Shown piece after piece: positions 10,480 to 20,360 of a stretch of 64,000 bases of DNA (positions are counted from its first letter, which is position 1; every line of letters begins with the position of its first letter). Location of the stretch: NCBI GenBank assembly GCA_021733945.1, contig JAIPJX010000005.1:12034-76033 (forward strand), read 5' to 3'. Below the pieces are notes generated by a model. That model searched no databases and had not been told where the DNA came from. It saw only the letters and a list, made by a program, of their open reading frames with translations. Origin of the DNA: Verrucomicrobiota bacterium. Lineage in GTDB: Bacteria; Verrucomicrobiota; Verrucomicrobiia; Limisphaerales; SIBE01. The position numbers and the translations under genes were made by a program.

Positions 10480-11352
10480 CTACTTCGCAACAGTCGTGTT
10501 CTCCGACCACCAGATGATGTCTCTGACGGAATCTCCCGCATCCGTGTTGAGCGCGAGCGCATTGTTGTACTGGACCGGCGCTTTGATCTTGCTGCCCTGC
10601 CACTTGTGAATCTCCGAATGCCCGTCCGCGAACGAGAAGCCGCATGCCCCATTGTGGTAGCTGGCCGGAAAATCAATGATCCGTGCGGTGGTCGCTCCCG
10701 GGCGCACCATCTGAACCGCGCAGGCCGCGTCGTTGATGCTGTCCGGATGCTCGTCGACCAACACCCAGGTCTGGGACGGTTGAACAATGTCCGTTTCCTT
10801 GGCGTAGGTGCGCCACTGAGAAGCCGGCAGCCAGCTTCCATTGTCAAAGACCTGACTCATCGAATTGCTGCGAACCCGCGGCTTCTTCGCGCCCTGCACG
10901 GTGACCGTGGCCCGGTCCGACGGGCATTTGAACACCGTGTAGTTGCCTTCGCCCAGATATGGGATCAGCGGACTCTTGGCAATGTCCTGCAGCACATCCC
11001 AGTTGCTCCGGTTGTTACCATCGTAGTTCAGCCCGCCTGTAATCCATCGCACCCGTTTCTGGCCGCTCACATCGAGAGACGCCAGCAGGAGCCCTTCATA
11101 ATCGTCCGCATACAGACGCCACCCCAGCATCATCTGCCGGAGATTGTTCATGCAAAAAATACCCTGCGCCTTGGACTTGGACTTCGACAAAGCGGGCAGG
11201 AGCATGCCGGCCAGAATGGCAATGATGGCGATCACCACCAGAAGTTCGATCAGCGTAAACCCACCCCGCTTGGATCCGCCCTGGAAAGGGAGGGATGTTT
11301 GGAACGATCGTATATTTTTCATAACGTCACTGGGAATCGGGATTTCCTCCAT
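10480..11352 (-). CDS. Prepilin-type N-terminal cleavage/methylation domain protein with H-X9-DG motif (type II pseudopilin-like)
   Basis: [26 protein letters not shown] is a prepilin leader. [13 protein letters not shown] fits H-X9-DG. The likely start is MKNIRSF at 11322. Confidence 0.85.
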   Translation of the reverse strand: MEEIPIPSDVMKNIRSFQTSLPFQGGSKRGGFTLIELLVVIAIIAILAGMLLPALSKSKSKAQGIFCMNNLRQMMLGWRLYADDYEGLLLASLDVSGQKRVRWITGGLNYDGNNRSNWDVLQDIAKSPLIPYLGEGNYTVFKCPSDRATVTVQGAKKPRVRSNSMSQVFDNGSWLPASQWRTYAKETDIVQPSQTWVLVDEHPDSINDAACAVQMVRPGATTARIIDFPASYHNGACGFSFADGHSEIHKWQGSKIKAPVQYNNALALNTDAGDSVRDIIWWSENTTVAK

Positions 11353-11385
11353 TTAGATCAAAGCTCCGGAAAATTGCCACTCTCA

Positions 11386-11435
11386 TTTTAAGATGTTATT
11401 TCTGTCGTTCATCCGCTCGGGGGTGTTTTAAGATG
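11386..11435. repeat. Two exact direct copies of TTTTAAGATG, 40 nt apart, in a divergent promoter region
   Basis: Copies at 11386-11395 and 11426-11435, between the pseudopilin gene (-) and the alpha/beta hydrolase gene (+). Confidence 0.4.
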
Positions 11436-11464
11436 CCAGTCCATCAACCGAAACTCGTCCCACT

Positions 11465-12511
11465 ATGAAAATCATACCATTTCTTTCGATCCTCCTGATC
11501 GCCTGCGCTGTCGGCCCTCGCAGCCGGGCTGCTGAAACCGAGACACTGACCTTTCGATACGTCGAATCCAACGGCATCCGAATGCACCTGGCCGAACAGG
11601 GCGAAGGGCCTCTGGTCATCCTCTGTCACGGTTTTCCTGAATCGTGGTATTCCTGGAGGCATCAGATCCCCGTGCTTGCCAAGGCCGGGTATCATGTGGT
11701 GGTTCCCGATCAACGCGGTTATGGAAAAACCGACAAACCGCAGGCAATCGGGGAATACAACCTGTTCAAGCTGACCGGTGATATCGTCGGCCTGGTCCAG
11801 GCGCTGGGAGAAACCGAAGCCATCCTCATCGGGCACGACTGGGGCGCTCCGGTTGCGTGGTCCTGTTCGCTGCTTCGACCCGATCTTTTTAAACGCCTGG
11901 TTCTGTTGAGCGTGCCGTATTCACCGCGCCAAGCGGGATCCACGCCACCGATTGCGGCCGCCAGGGCCGCGGGCGAAAAGAGCGGTCGGGTGTTCTATCA
12001 GGTCACCTTCCAGGACCCGAAACGTTGCGAAGAGATCTTCGATCAAAATCCGCGCGGATTCCTGACCGCGGCGCTGATAGGCGCTTCCGGAGACGCGCCA
12101 TCCGAAAGCCGCTGGAATCCGTGGAGCGATCCGGCCGAGCGTCGGTCACCCCCCGCGTGGTCGGCAGCCATTCCATTGCCCGCATGGCTCACGGAAGCGG
12201 ATCTCGATTTTTATACCCGCCAATTCGAGAAGACCGGTTTCCGGGGTGCCTTCAACTGGTATCGCAACATCGACTTCAACTGGCTTCACACCGGGTTTTT
12301 GATCGATGCGAAGATCTCCCAGCCGACCCTGTTTGTGGCCGGGGAACACGACGGAGTTCTCAAGTTTGCAGGGGGTGCCGTGGAACGACTGCAGCAGAAT
12401 GTTCCACGGCTGACCAAAAAGGTCATTCTTCCCGGCAAAGGACACTGGATCCAGCAGGAAGCCCCGGATGAAGTGAACCGTCTCATTCTGGAGTTCCTGG
12501 CAAACCGCTGA
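11465..12511 (+). CDS. Secreted alpha/beta-fold hydrolase (epoxide hydrolase/haloalkane dehalogenase-like)
   Basis: Signal peptide. HGFPESWYSWRHQIP and GHDWGAPVAW are the oxyanion and nucleophile-elbow regions of the epoxide-hydrolase-like clade. Confidence 0.8.
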   Translation: MKIIPFLSILLIACAVGPRSRAAETETLTFRYVESNGIRMHLAEQGEGPLVILCHGFPESWYSWRHQIPVLAKAGYHVVVPDQRGYGKTDKPQAIGEYNLFKLTGDIVGLVQALGETEAILIGHDWGAPVAWSCSLLRPDLFKRLVLLSVPYSPRQAGSTPPIAAARAAGEKSGRVFYQVTFQDPKRCEEIFDQNPRGFLTAALIGASGDAPSESRWNPWSDPAERRSPPAWSAAIPLPAWLTEADLDFYTRQFEKTGFRGAFNWYRNIDFNWLHTGFLIDAKISQPTLFVAGEHDGVLKFAGGAVERLQQNVPRLTKKVILPGKGHWIQQEAPDEVNRLILEFLANR

Positions 12512-12525
12512 CGCGAAGGCTCCGC

Positions 12526-15228
12526 CTACTCGTCGTCTTCGTCGAGCCCGGCTGCCCATTCCGGGTACGGCACCTGGGACCCTTGCATGGCGTGCCAGAG
12601 GATCCGGTTGAGTACATCCTCCGGGCACTGGTCGACCTTGTCCAACGGCAGGCGGGCGGACACATAAGCGTTCCGGCGCAGCAGGGAATCCGAGATCTTT
12701 TTCGGGTCGGGATTCATTTCGTCCAGAGGCACATTCGTCGGCAATGCTTTGAACGGGGTGAAATCGGGCGTCTCGACAAAACAATCGAACATCGGCGTGG
12801 CTGTCGCATCCATCTGATTCATGGGAGGCAACCCGAGGATCAATTCCATGGTCCGAATCAGACTGGTCTGGTTGTACTGCGTGCTGATGGTTTCTCCCCG
12901 GCGGGTATACGGGCTGGCCACATAGGCCGTCGTTCGGTACCCGCTCACATGATCCCATCCCGCCTGGGGGTCATCCTCGATCCCGAAGATGCAGGTCTCG
13001 TTCCAGAACCGGCTGTGACTGATCGCCTCAACGATCTGGCCGAACGCCAGATCGTTGTCGGCAACCTGCGCCGCCGGCGTGGGTGCCCCCGCTCGGGTTC
13101 CGCTGGTGTGATCGTTGGGCAGGCAGATGATCACGAGGTTCGGAAACTCCCCGCTTTGTTCATACTGTCGAAGTTCTTTGATGAACTCGGAGGCGCGAAA
13201 CACGTCCGGCACATTCATGTCCCATCCCACTGTGCTGGTGCAAAGGTAAGGCCGGAGCGATTCGATCGCGGGCCGGCTGCTCAATTGAATGGTGTCCGTG
13301 TCGTTTTCAAACTCGCGGTAATGGTCCAGAAACGTCGGAGTCCCCGACCGCGTCGGGTCCTTCCATGATTTGTCGGTGATGGCGAACTCGCCATAGTCGC
13401 GAAGCGTTTTTCCGTGCGCGATGGCGTTGTCCCAAAGGAATCCGGCAGGGGAATAGGCCAATGCATCGACATCGGAGTCTTCCATGCCGTCGGGGTAGCT
13501 TCGTGGAAACCCGGCGAACGATTTTTCCATATAATCGGTTGCGAACGCCGAGTCGCTCCATTGATGGCCATCGGCACTCAGGATTCCGGAACAATAGGTG
13601 TTATCCAATAATACAAACGAACGCACGAGCTTGTGCTGATTCGGTGTGACCCGCTCTCCGAAGATACAGAGCGAAGGATCGCCGTTTCCCTCCGGCATAT
13701 CGCCAAACACCTGATCGTACGTGCGGTTCTCCTTGATGACGTAGACGACATGCTTAAACACGGACGGCTCGCCGACCCGCTCGGGAACCGGCCGGGCGGG
13801 CTGGTTCCTGCGCGGGGAACGACCGGCTTCACGGAGTGCCGGATACCGCATGTTCTTGAGTGCAATCCCCGTGTAATCGGCCAGCAACCGGCGCGACGGC
13901 ACGGGAACCAACGAAACAGTGCCGAAATACTGGTGGGTGTTATATTTCACCGTTTCTCCAGGGGCATAATGTTTTGTCGAACCGATGCCCTTGATGTTGG
14001 CCACGTATATTTCTCCTCTCGCGGAGTCCGAAACGATGGCCCCGGGGAACCAACCAACCGGGATCAACCCTCGGAGTTCCGACTCACCGGGATCAAACCT
14101 GATCACGGCAACAGCGTTCTGGGATCCGTTGCATACATACAGGGTTTTGCCCGAACGATCAAAGGCCAGGGCATTTGGGCTGGCCCCAAAGAGATCGGCG
14201 GGTGTCTGGCGCGTCCAGATCTTTTCGATCACCTCATCCGTCCGTGTGTCGATCACGCTCACGGTATCGCTGCCCGCGTTCGCCACCAGAAGGTGCCGCC
14301 CACCCGGAGCAAGGACCATTGCGGAGGAATGCAACCCAACCATGATCTCGGTCGTGACGCGGTTCGCGTCCAGATCAATCACCGAAACCGAGCCCTCACT
14401 CGCAATGTGCCGAACCGGATCCACGCGCACCAGCGTTCCGCGACCCGCCGGACCGGTCAGGCTGTCTTTCGCCGGGCGTCGTCCGCCCCAATTGCTCACA
14501 TAAGCCCGGTTCCCGTTCAAGACCACGTCGAATGGGGCAACCCCGACATCCCAGGTCCGCAGCAGTTTCCCGTTTCCGGCATCCAGTTCGGCCAACTGAT
14601 TCGAGAGATTGAGTGCCACGTACAAACGCCGTCCATCCGGCGAGAGGGTTAATCCGGAAGGAATGTCCGAATTCCGGTCCCGGGTCTGGAACGCCGGAAG
14701 TGGGATGGAGAACAGGCCCACGACTTGGCCGTCCCGCTCCACACCAAACACCTTGATGCTTCCAGTCACGTTGGACAGGTAGATGCGGGAGCCATCCGGG
14801 GAGAAAACCAAACCCGTGTAACTGAGCAGACCTTTGTCGTCGGGATCCAGTATGTGCGTGGACACCGAGTTGGGCTGCGGATCGTGGTCCTGATCAGACG
14901 GCAAGGGCACACGCTGGCGCACAGTTGCCGTTTCAGGGTCGATGACCACCAGTTCGTGGGTTTTGCCCGATGTGATCAGCAGGGTTCCATCGGGACTCAA
15001 CGCAAGCGCCTGGGGCCGAAGCTCGGGCAATTCCACCTGCCTGCCGGCAGGCGTAAGAACCTGGTTGGCAGGCGTGACATAGGTGTTGGGGGCCACCTGG
15101 CCGACCGGCAATGTCAGGTCATGCCCAGCGGATCCCATCCATCCGGATCGACACCCAGACCACCCGCCTGCGGCTGCAGCCAGACAGAAGAGGGCAAAGA
15201 GGGAGGTCCGAAGTAAAGTCTGTTTCAT
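12526..15228 (-). CDS. Fusion protein: N-terminal YncE/lactonase-type beta-propeller plus C-terminal phosphoesterase (PLC/AcpA, PF04185-like)
   Basis: The start MKQTLLRTSLFALFCLAAAAGGWSGC at 15228 looks like a signal or lipobox sequence. The N-terminal half has repeated LSPDG/YV.N propeller strands. VVYVIKENRTYDQVFGDM and the following region are typical of the phosphoesterase family. Confidence 0.75.
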   Translation of the reverse strand: MKQTLLRTSLFALFCLAAAAGGWSGCRSGWMGSAGHDLTLPVGQVAPNTYVTPANQVLTPAGRQVELPELRPQALALSPDGTLLITSGKTHELVVIDPETATVRQRVPLPSDQDHDPQPNSVSTHILDPDDKGLLSYTGLVFSPDGSRIYLSNVTGSIKVFGVERDGQVVGLFSIPLPAFQTRDRNSDIPSGLTLSPDGRRLYVALNLSNQLAELDAGNGKLLRTWDVGVAPFDVVLNGNRAYVSNWGGRRPAKDSLTGPAGRGTLVRVDPVRHIASEGSVSVIDLDANRVTTEIMVGLHSSAMVLAPGGRHLLVANAGSDTVSVIDTRTDEVIEKIWTRQTPADLFGASPNALAFDRSGKTLYVCNGSQNAVAVIRFDPGESELRGLIPVGWFPGAIVSDSARGEIYVANIKGIGSTKHYAPGETVKYNTHQYFGTVSLVPVPSRRLLADYTGIALKNMRYPALREAGRSPRRNQPARPVPERVGEPSVFKHVVYVIKENRTYDQVFGDMPEGNGDPSLCIFGERVTPNQHKLVRSFVLLDNTYCSGILSADGHQWSDSAFATDYMEKSFAGFPRSYPDGMEDSDVDALAYSPAGFLWDNAIAHGKTLRDYGEFAITDKSWKDPTRSGTPTFLDHYREFENDTDTIQLSSRPAIESLRPYLCTSTVGWDMNVPDVFRASEFIKELRQYEQSGEFPNLVIICLPNDHTSGTRAGAPTPAAQVADNDLAFGQIVEAISHSRFWNETCIFGIEDDPQAGWDHVSGYRTTAYVASPYTRRGETISTQYNQTSLIRTMELILGLPPMNQMDATATPMFDCFVETPDFTPFKALPTNVPLDEMNPDPKKISDSLLRRNAYVSARLPLDKVDQCPEDVLNRILWHAMQGSQVPYPEWAAGLDEDDE

Positions 15229-15518
15229 GCGCGGATCATGCCAAAAAGTCCACCCGCGATGCACGCGCTTTTCCACAAATCCCACACCCGGACTCCGTGC
15301 CAACCGTTGACGCGCCCCAATCCGGGATGGTTTCCTGCCAGTTGCTTTGAGCCTGTCCCCATGTCGTCCCGTCCGTTGGACCGGGCCTGGACGAAGGCCG
15401 TTCTTTGAGCCTGTCCCTTTATCATTCTTGGAAAGCCTGGAGATGATGAGTTGCATTACCCGGGTTTCCGGGCGTATTAAGGACGGTCACCACTGATTTT
15501 TGAAACAGATGCCATCCC

Positions 15519-16898
15519 ATGAACCTCGAACGTAGCACCAGTTTACGGGCGCTCCTGCTCGCCATCGCAGTCCTGATGAACGGATCAGCCGTCGCCGCTG
15601 ACCTGCGGATCGCGTTTTTCGAAACGGATGCCACTCCGCCAGTTGGATCTCCCCTGGCTTACAAACAAATGGAACGTGCCGCGGCTCCACTCTCGTGCCG
15701 CGGTGTCGTGCTTGCCGGGGATGGCCTTCCGGTGGTGTTGTGCGCCCTGGACTGGATCGGGATCGCCAACGAGGGGTATGAAGCCTGGCGCAGGGGTCTG
15801 GCCGAGGCGGCAGGAACCATCCCGGAACGCGTCTCGGTGCATACTTTGCATCAACACGACGCTCCCGTCTGCGACTTCACCGCCAACGATCTGCTCGCCG
15901 AACACGGACTGGGAGGAGTCCTGTTCGATCCCCTGTTTGCACGCGAGACGATTCATCGGGCGGCTGAATCGCTTCGCGCTTCCATGGACCACCTCCAAAC
16001 CGTCACACACATCGGAACCGGCCAGGCCAAGGTGGAAAAAGTGGCGTCAAATCGACGCATCCTCGGGGCGGACGGCAAGGTAGCCCATGTGCGCTGGACA
16101 GCGACCACGGACCCGGCCGTTGCGGCGGCACCCGAAGGCACCATCGATCCCCATGTAAAGCTGATCAGTTTTTGGGGGAAGAACGGCCCTCTGGGCATTC
16201 TGAGCTATTATGCGACCCATCCCCAGAGCTACTACCTTACCGGTATTGCCAATCCGGATTTTCCCGGCATGGCACGGAATATCCGACAGCACACCACGGA
16301 GATCCTGCAGATTCACTTCAATGGAGCTGGAGGCAATATTGGCGCGGGCAAATGGAACGATGGTTCTCACGAGAACCGCGCCGTGCTCGCCTACCGCCTG
16401 GCCGAAGGCATGAAAAAGGCCTGGGCTGCAACAACCAGGGAACCCATCACAGCGAGTGCGCTCGGCTGGCGGGTGCTCCCCGTGGCCCTGCCGGCCCGGG
16501 GCACCCTGAACGAGGCGGATCTGGAAGCGAAAATCCGGGATCGAAACGCTCCCATCGCGGAGCGCACCGAAGCCGCATGCAGCCTCGCCTGGCTTCGGCG
16601 ATGCCAACGAGGCGACACGATCGATTTGACCTGCCTGGAGCTCGGTCGGGTACGCATTTTGAGTCTGCCGGGTGAATGCGTGATCGAGTATCAATTGGCG
16701 GCCCAGGCGTTTCAGCCAGACCTGTTTGTCGCCGTCGGCGGCTACACCGATTACGCACCCGGTTACGTGTGCCTCGAAGAACATTATTCCCAGGGCGGTT
16801 ATGAAGACAGCCCTGCGGCGTCCCGCGTGACACCGCAAGTGGAAGGAGCGTTGATGCCCGCAATCCGCGCGCTCCTGCAGCCGAGCGGACCGAAATAG
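15519..16898 (+). CDS. Secreted hypothetical protein, possibly neutral-ceramidase-N-terminal-like
   Basis: Signal peptide. The N-terminus (FETDATPPVGSPLAY...VVLCALDWIG...HTLHQHDAP) loosely resembles the ceramidase-like fold family. Weak, from recollection only. Confidence 0.4.
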   Translation: MNLERSTSLRALLLAIAVLMNGSAVAADLRIAFFETDATPPVGSPLAYKQMERAAAPLSCRGVVLAGDGLPVVLCALDWIGIANEGYEAWRRGLAEAAGTIPERVSVHTLHQHDAPVCDFTANDLLAEHGLGGVLFDPLFARETIHRAAESLRASMDHLQTVTHIGTGQAKVEKVASNRRILGADGKVAHVRWTATTDPAVAAAPEGTIDPHVKLISFWGKNGPLGILSYYATHPQSYYLTGIANPDFPGMARNIRQHTTEILQIHFNGAGGNIGAGKWNDGSHENRAVLAYRLAEGMKKAWAATTREPITASALGWRVLPVALPARGTLNEADLEAKIRDRNAPIAERTEAACSLAWLRRCQRGDTIDLTCLELGRVRILSLPGECVIEYQLAAQAFQPDLFVAVGGYTDYAPGYVCLEEHYSQGGYEDSPAASRVTPQVEGALMPAIRALLQPSGPK

Positions 16899-17034
16899 GT
16901 CGACAAGGGCCAGGAATGCGGACACGAGGGTCGGTTTTTCATGTCTGGCAATTTTTCCCGCCCGGGCGTAAAGTAAGCGGTGTAGCGACACTGCTCCCAG
17001 GCGGGAGTACTGGAATCAGTCGAACCAAGAAACT

Positions 17035-17961
17035 ATGAAAACGACCCTGATCCTGATTCTGGGCGGTTTGCTTCTGGCAATCGGTGCCTGGGTGCCATTC
17101 GTTTTAAACGCACCCTCCGCATCCAACACAGCGCCGGAAGCCGTGGCAATCACACCAGCGGAATCGCAGGAACCGATTGAAGTCGTGGAAACACCGGAGA
17201 TGGCTGCCGAGCCGGTTGTCGAGGGTCCGGTTGAAAATTCCAGCGTTTCTCAAACTCCAATTGCAGAGACCGTTGCGATCGAAAAACCGATCGTCGCTCC
17301 AACCGACCCCGCTCAGGAGGCCGCACGCACACGACGGATCCAGGCAATTACATCACGGTACTCAGTTGGACTGGTCGACATCGTTCGTCTGGTGCAGGGA
17401 GGCGTGGACCGGGAAGTGGTCCTGGCGTATGTAAAAAACTCGCGGGTGCCTTTCGCACCAACTTCCCGGGAAGTCCTTCAGCTGCGCAACGCGGGTGTTC
17501 CCTCGGAGATCATCACTGCGATCATCAACCGCGGAAACGAGCTGCGCCAGGAGTACGCCCAAGCGGTCAGGGAACGGCAGGAATGGCTTGTGGAACAGCA
17601 ACTGGCAGCCCGCGCACGGGCGGCGCAGTTGTACGGGACGGGACCCAACAGTGGCCTGCCCGGAGAAACGACCGTCGCTAACGCCCAGAATGCTTCCTAC
17701 AACAGCGGAATGGGAAGCGGGTTCAACAACCGGAATTACACGGTGTATCCGAGCTACACCTATGCAGTGGTCCCCGGGGCGATTACTCCCCAACAGCCGA
17801 ATCCGGTCACGATGCCGAAAGGATTGCCGTCCTATCCACCCTCGGTGCCACCGAGCAATTTTCAATACGCGAACAAATTTCGATACGCGCTTCCGAACAC
17901 CTCTTACAGGTCTCCCGAGGGTTACACAGCTCCCAAACCGGCAATCGCCGGAGGGCGCTAG
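17035..17961 (+). CDS. Membrane-anchored hypothetical protein with low-complexity P/E/V linker and Y/P/N-rich tail
   Basis: N-terminal TM segment (LILILGGLLLAIGAWVPFVL). Coding-like codon usage. No recognised catalytic motif. Confidence 0.5.
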   Translation: MKTTLILILGGLLLAIGAWVPFVLNAPSASNTAPEAVAITPAESQEPIEVVETPEMAAEPVVEGPVENSSVSQTPIAETVAIEKPIVAPTDPAQEAARTRRIQAITSRYSVGLVDIVRLVQGGVDREVVLAYVKNSRVPFAPTSREVLQLRNAGVPSEIITAIINRGNELRQEYAQAVRERQEWLVEQQLAARARAAQLYGTGPNSGLPGETTVANAQNASYNSGMGSGFNNRNYTVYPSYTYAVVPGAITPQQPNPVTMPKGLPSYPPSVPPSNFQYANKFRYALPNTSYRSPEGYTAPKPAIAGGR

Positions 17962-18004
17962 GCTCGGTCTGTCCGAAACACACTCCGGAATCTGAAGGCA
18001 ATGA

Positions 18005-18559
18005 ATGAGTTTTTTTAAGCGAATCCTCGATTCGGCCAATGCGTCGTCAACCGTCTGTTCTTTGAAGGAGAGTGCCCTCAAGCTGGCCGATCAGGTCAAG
18101 CTCTCGATGGACAACCTCGAAACAGCGGCCGTGAAGGAAGTCCTGGAGAAAGCCGAGGCGGGCGATGTGCAGGCACAGTTTTCCTGCGGAGAGATGTATT
18201 TCCTGGGATCGAGCGTTCCGCAGGACGATTTTGAAGCCTTGAGTTGGTTCGAAAGAGCGGCTCATCAGCAGCATCATGAAGCGCAAGGACATGTTGCAAT
18301 GTTGCACGCGCTCGGAAGGGGCACGCCCAAGGACAACGTGGAATCGTACAAATGGGCTCGTGTGGCTGCCGAAGGCGGAAACGAACCGGCAGTCCGACTC
18401 CTTAAGAAACTACACGCCAGCATGTCGCCGGAAGAGGTAGCGGAAGGCGACCATCGTTTCATGGAACTCGTACGCACTCTGGGAAGCTCGAAATCCGGAA
18501 GTCCTTCAGTCCCGGAAAACAAATCCGGGTTGCCCCTCAACAAGCCATCGTCCGACTGA
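18005..18559 (+). CDS. Sel1-like (SLR/TPR) repeat protein
   Basis: AEAGDVQAQFSCGEMYFLGSSVPQDDFEALSWFERAA and HVAMLHALGRGTPKDNVESYKWARVAA are typical Sel1 repeats. Confidence 0.75.
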   Translation: MSFFKRILDSANASSTVCSLKESALKLADQVKLSMDNLETAAVKEVLEKAEAGDVQAQFSCGEMYFLGSSVPQDDFEALSWFERAAHQQHHEAQGHVAMLHALGRGTPKDNVESYKWARVAAEGGNEPAVRLLKKLHASMSPEEVAEGDHRFMELVRTLGSSKSGSPSVPENKSGLPLNKPSSD

Positions 18560-18609
18560 ACATCCGATCGCCCTGTGACGAAGCGCAGCCGCGCGATTCC
18601 GCCTGCGAA

Positions 18610-19557
18610 TCAGACGTCACAGAGTTTCGCGGCGTGACGCAACGCCAGGATCGGATCCGGCCACGTGGGCAAAAACTCCTGAGCCACGTAACCTTCGTAG
18701 CCCGTCTCCAGGATTGCCCTTAGAATCGCGGGGTAATTCAGTTCCTGGGTCTCATCCAGCTCGCCACGTCCCGGCACTCCGGCGGTATGATAATGCGCGA
18801 TGTAATCCTTGTACTGACGCAGCCTTCGGATGACATCTCCGTTCATGATCTGCACATGGTAGATGTCGAACAGGAGTTTCATGTTGGGCGAATCGACTCG
18901 CCGGATCAGTTCCACACAGAAATCGACGTCATCTCCGAAATAGCCGGCATGCCCCTTCATGGGATGCGACGTGTCACGACTGTTCAGATGTTCGAGACAA
19001 AGGCGTACATTGTTCTTTTCGGCATGCCCGATCACGCGCTTCCACGTCTCGACACAATTGCGGGCTCCCGCTTCATCGCTGATTCCCGCCTCGCGCATTC
19101 CAGTGAAGGTAATCACGTTGCGGCAATCGACCCGGACCGCGAGGTCGATTGCTTCCCTGAGTTTTTCCTCCACGAACGCGTGATTGTCAGGGTTGAACGG
19201 TCCCCTGCCAAAACCGTGACTGCTCACCAGCGAGACGGCGAGCCCCATCTTCCGGATCAGCGGGTAGTGGCTCGGATTGATGCCTTCCATGGCTACGAGA
19301 CCAATGTCCCGGCAATGCCCTGCCAGTTCGGGTGTCGGCATTGGATTGAAGGTCCAACCCATGATGGACTGCCGAATCCGACCCCGCGTGATTCGGCCCC
19401 CCGGGTCCGCCGTGGCGGCGGATGTCCGATTGCCCGGCTCAAGCGCAACCGCCGCTCCCGTGGCAAGTGCCGCGGTTTTCAGCCACGCACGTCGGGTGGT
19501 GGGAACCGAACCGGAAATCTCATCAGCGGGAAGCGACGGAGGAAGAATCGGTTTCAT
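18610..19557 (-). CDS. Tat-exported TIM-barrel sugar phosphate isomerase/epimerase (xylose isomerase-like/hydroxypyruvate isomerase family)
   Basis: Twin-arginine leader (TRRAWLKTAALATGAAVA). LCLEHLN and the HYHTAG...E motifs are typical of AP_endonuc_2/Hyi-like proteins. Confidence 0.75.
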   Translation of the reverse strand: MKPILPPSLPADEISGSVPTTRRAWLKTAALATGAAVALEPGNRTSAATADPGGRITRGRIRQSIMGWTFNPMPTPELAGHCRDIGLVAMEGINPSHYPLIRKMGLAVSLVSSHGFGRGPFNPDNHAFVEEKLREAIDLAVRVDCRNVITFTGMREAGISDEAGARNCVETWKRVIGHAEKNNVRLCLEHLNSRDTSHPMKGHAGYFGDDVDFCVELIRRVDSPNMKLLFDIYHVQIMNGDVIRRLRQYKDYIAHYHTAGVPGRGELDETQELNYPAILRAILETGYEGYVAQEFLPTWPDPILALRHAAKLCDV

Positions 19558-19590
19558 GCCTCCAATATGGAAAACCAGCCCGAGTTGATC

Positions 19591-19622
19591 AAAGAAAAAC
19601 GGCGGCTGAAAAGCCGCCGTTT
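19591..19622 (-). terminator. Intrinsic terminator after the DUF4399 gene
   Basis: AAACGGCGGC-tgaaaa-GCCGCCGTTT, a 10-bp stem. On the minus strand it is followed by TTTTTCTTT. Confidence 0.75.
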
Positions 19623-19656
19623 ATCACGAATCGGAATGTTGGCAAATCGCGCCGGG

Positions 19657-20127
19657 CTAGTCCTCAACGGTCACGGTGATCTTCTTTGAAATCACAGGCG
19701 GATTGTGCGGCACATGGGCGTAATCTGCAAAGATCAGCTGCAGCGTATGTTTTCCCGGCGGCAGGTCGAGCATGACCTCCGTCTGGCCCTTGCCGAAGTG
19801 CATGATATCCGTCGGCTTATCCCCAATGAGCGGCACGTCCAGAGCAGGCAACTCAGCATGATCAATCAGCAGGTGATGATGCCCCGAATTCGGGAACGGG
19901 GTCCCGTCACCAGCCGTCAGACCAGCCGGGCAGATGCCCATTCCCGTGAGTCCGAAAATCACCTTGAATTTCCGTTTCACGGTTTTTCCATCGGTGGGAC
20001 GCACGATGTAAACCTTCGCGCCGGGAGCCGAGGCATTTCGTTTTGGTTTTTCTTCCTGGGCAAAAGCCGAGGAAGCGAGGAGAAGGGCGGGGAGAATAAC
20101 CCAGCAGAGAGAACGCATTAGTTTCAT
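19657..20127 (-). CDS. DUF4399 domain protein (secreted)
   Basis: Start MKLMRSLCWVILPALLLASSAFA, a signal peptide. The GHHHLLID motif is characteristic of DUF4399. Confidence 0.75.
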   Translation of the reverse strand: MKLMRSLCWVILPALLLASSAFAQEEKPKRNASAPGAKVYIVRPTDGKTVKRKFKVIFGLTGMGICPAGLTAGDGTPFPNSGHHHLLIDHAELPALDVPLIGDKPTDIMHFGKGQTEVMLDLPPGKHTLQLIFADYAHVPHNPPVISKKITVTVED

Positions 20128-20301
20128 GAGCAATTGAATATTTTGGTGTTCCGTTTTCTTCGTGTTATCTGACCCCATTGTCGCAAGATCGGGTCAGTCC
20201 GCAAAGCTTTTTTGGTTCCCGTTCCAACCGCGTGGTTTAATTCTGCATCGGCAACAAGCATTGAATGCGGCGAGGAATCATTTTCGCCCGCGATCAGGAA
20301 C

Positions 20302-20341
20302 CCTGCAACCTTTTGTTGCACCTGCAACAAAAGGTTGCAGG
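20302..20341. repeat. Perfect 19-bp inverted repeat with nested sub-palindromes, 20 nt downstream of the HEAT gene stop
   Basis: CCTGCAACCTTTTGTTGCA-cc-TGCAACAAAAGGTTGCAGG. Each arm is itself self-complementary (GCAAC...GTTGC). No U-tract on either strand. Confidence 0.6.
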
Positions 20342-20360
20342 TGCAGGCCGGGGATTTGGT

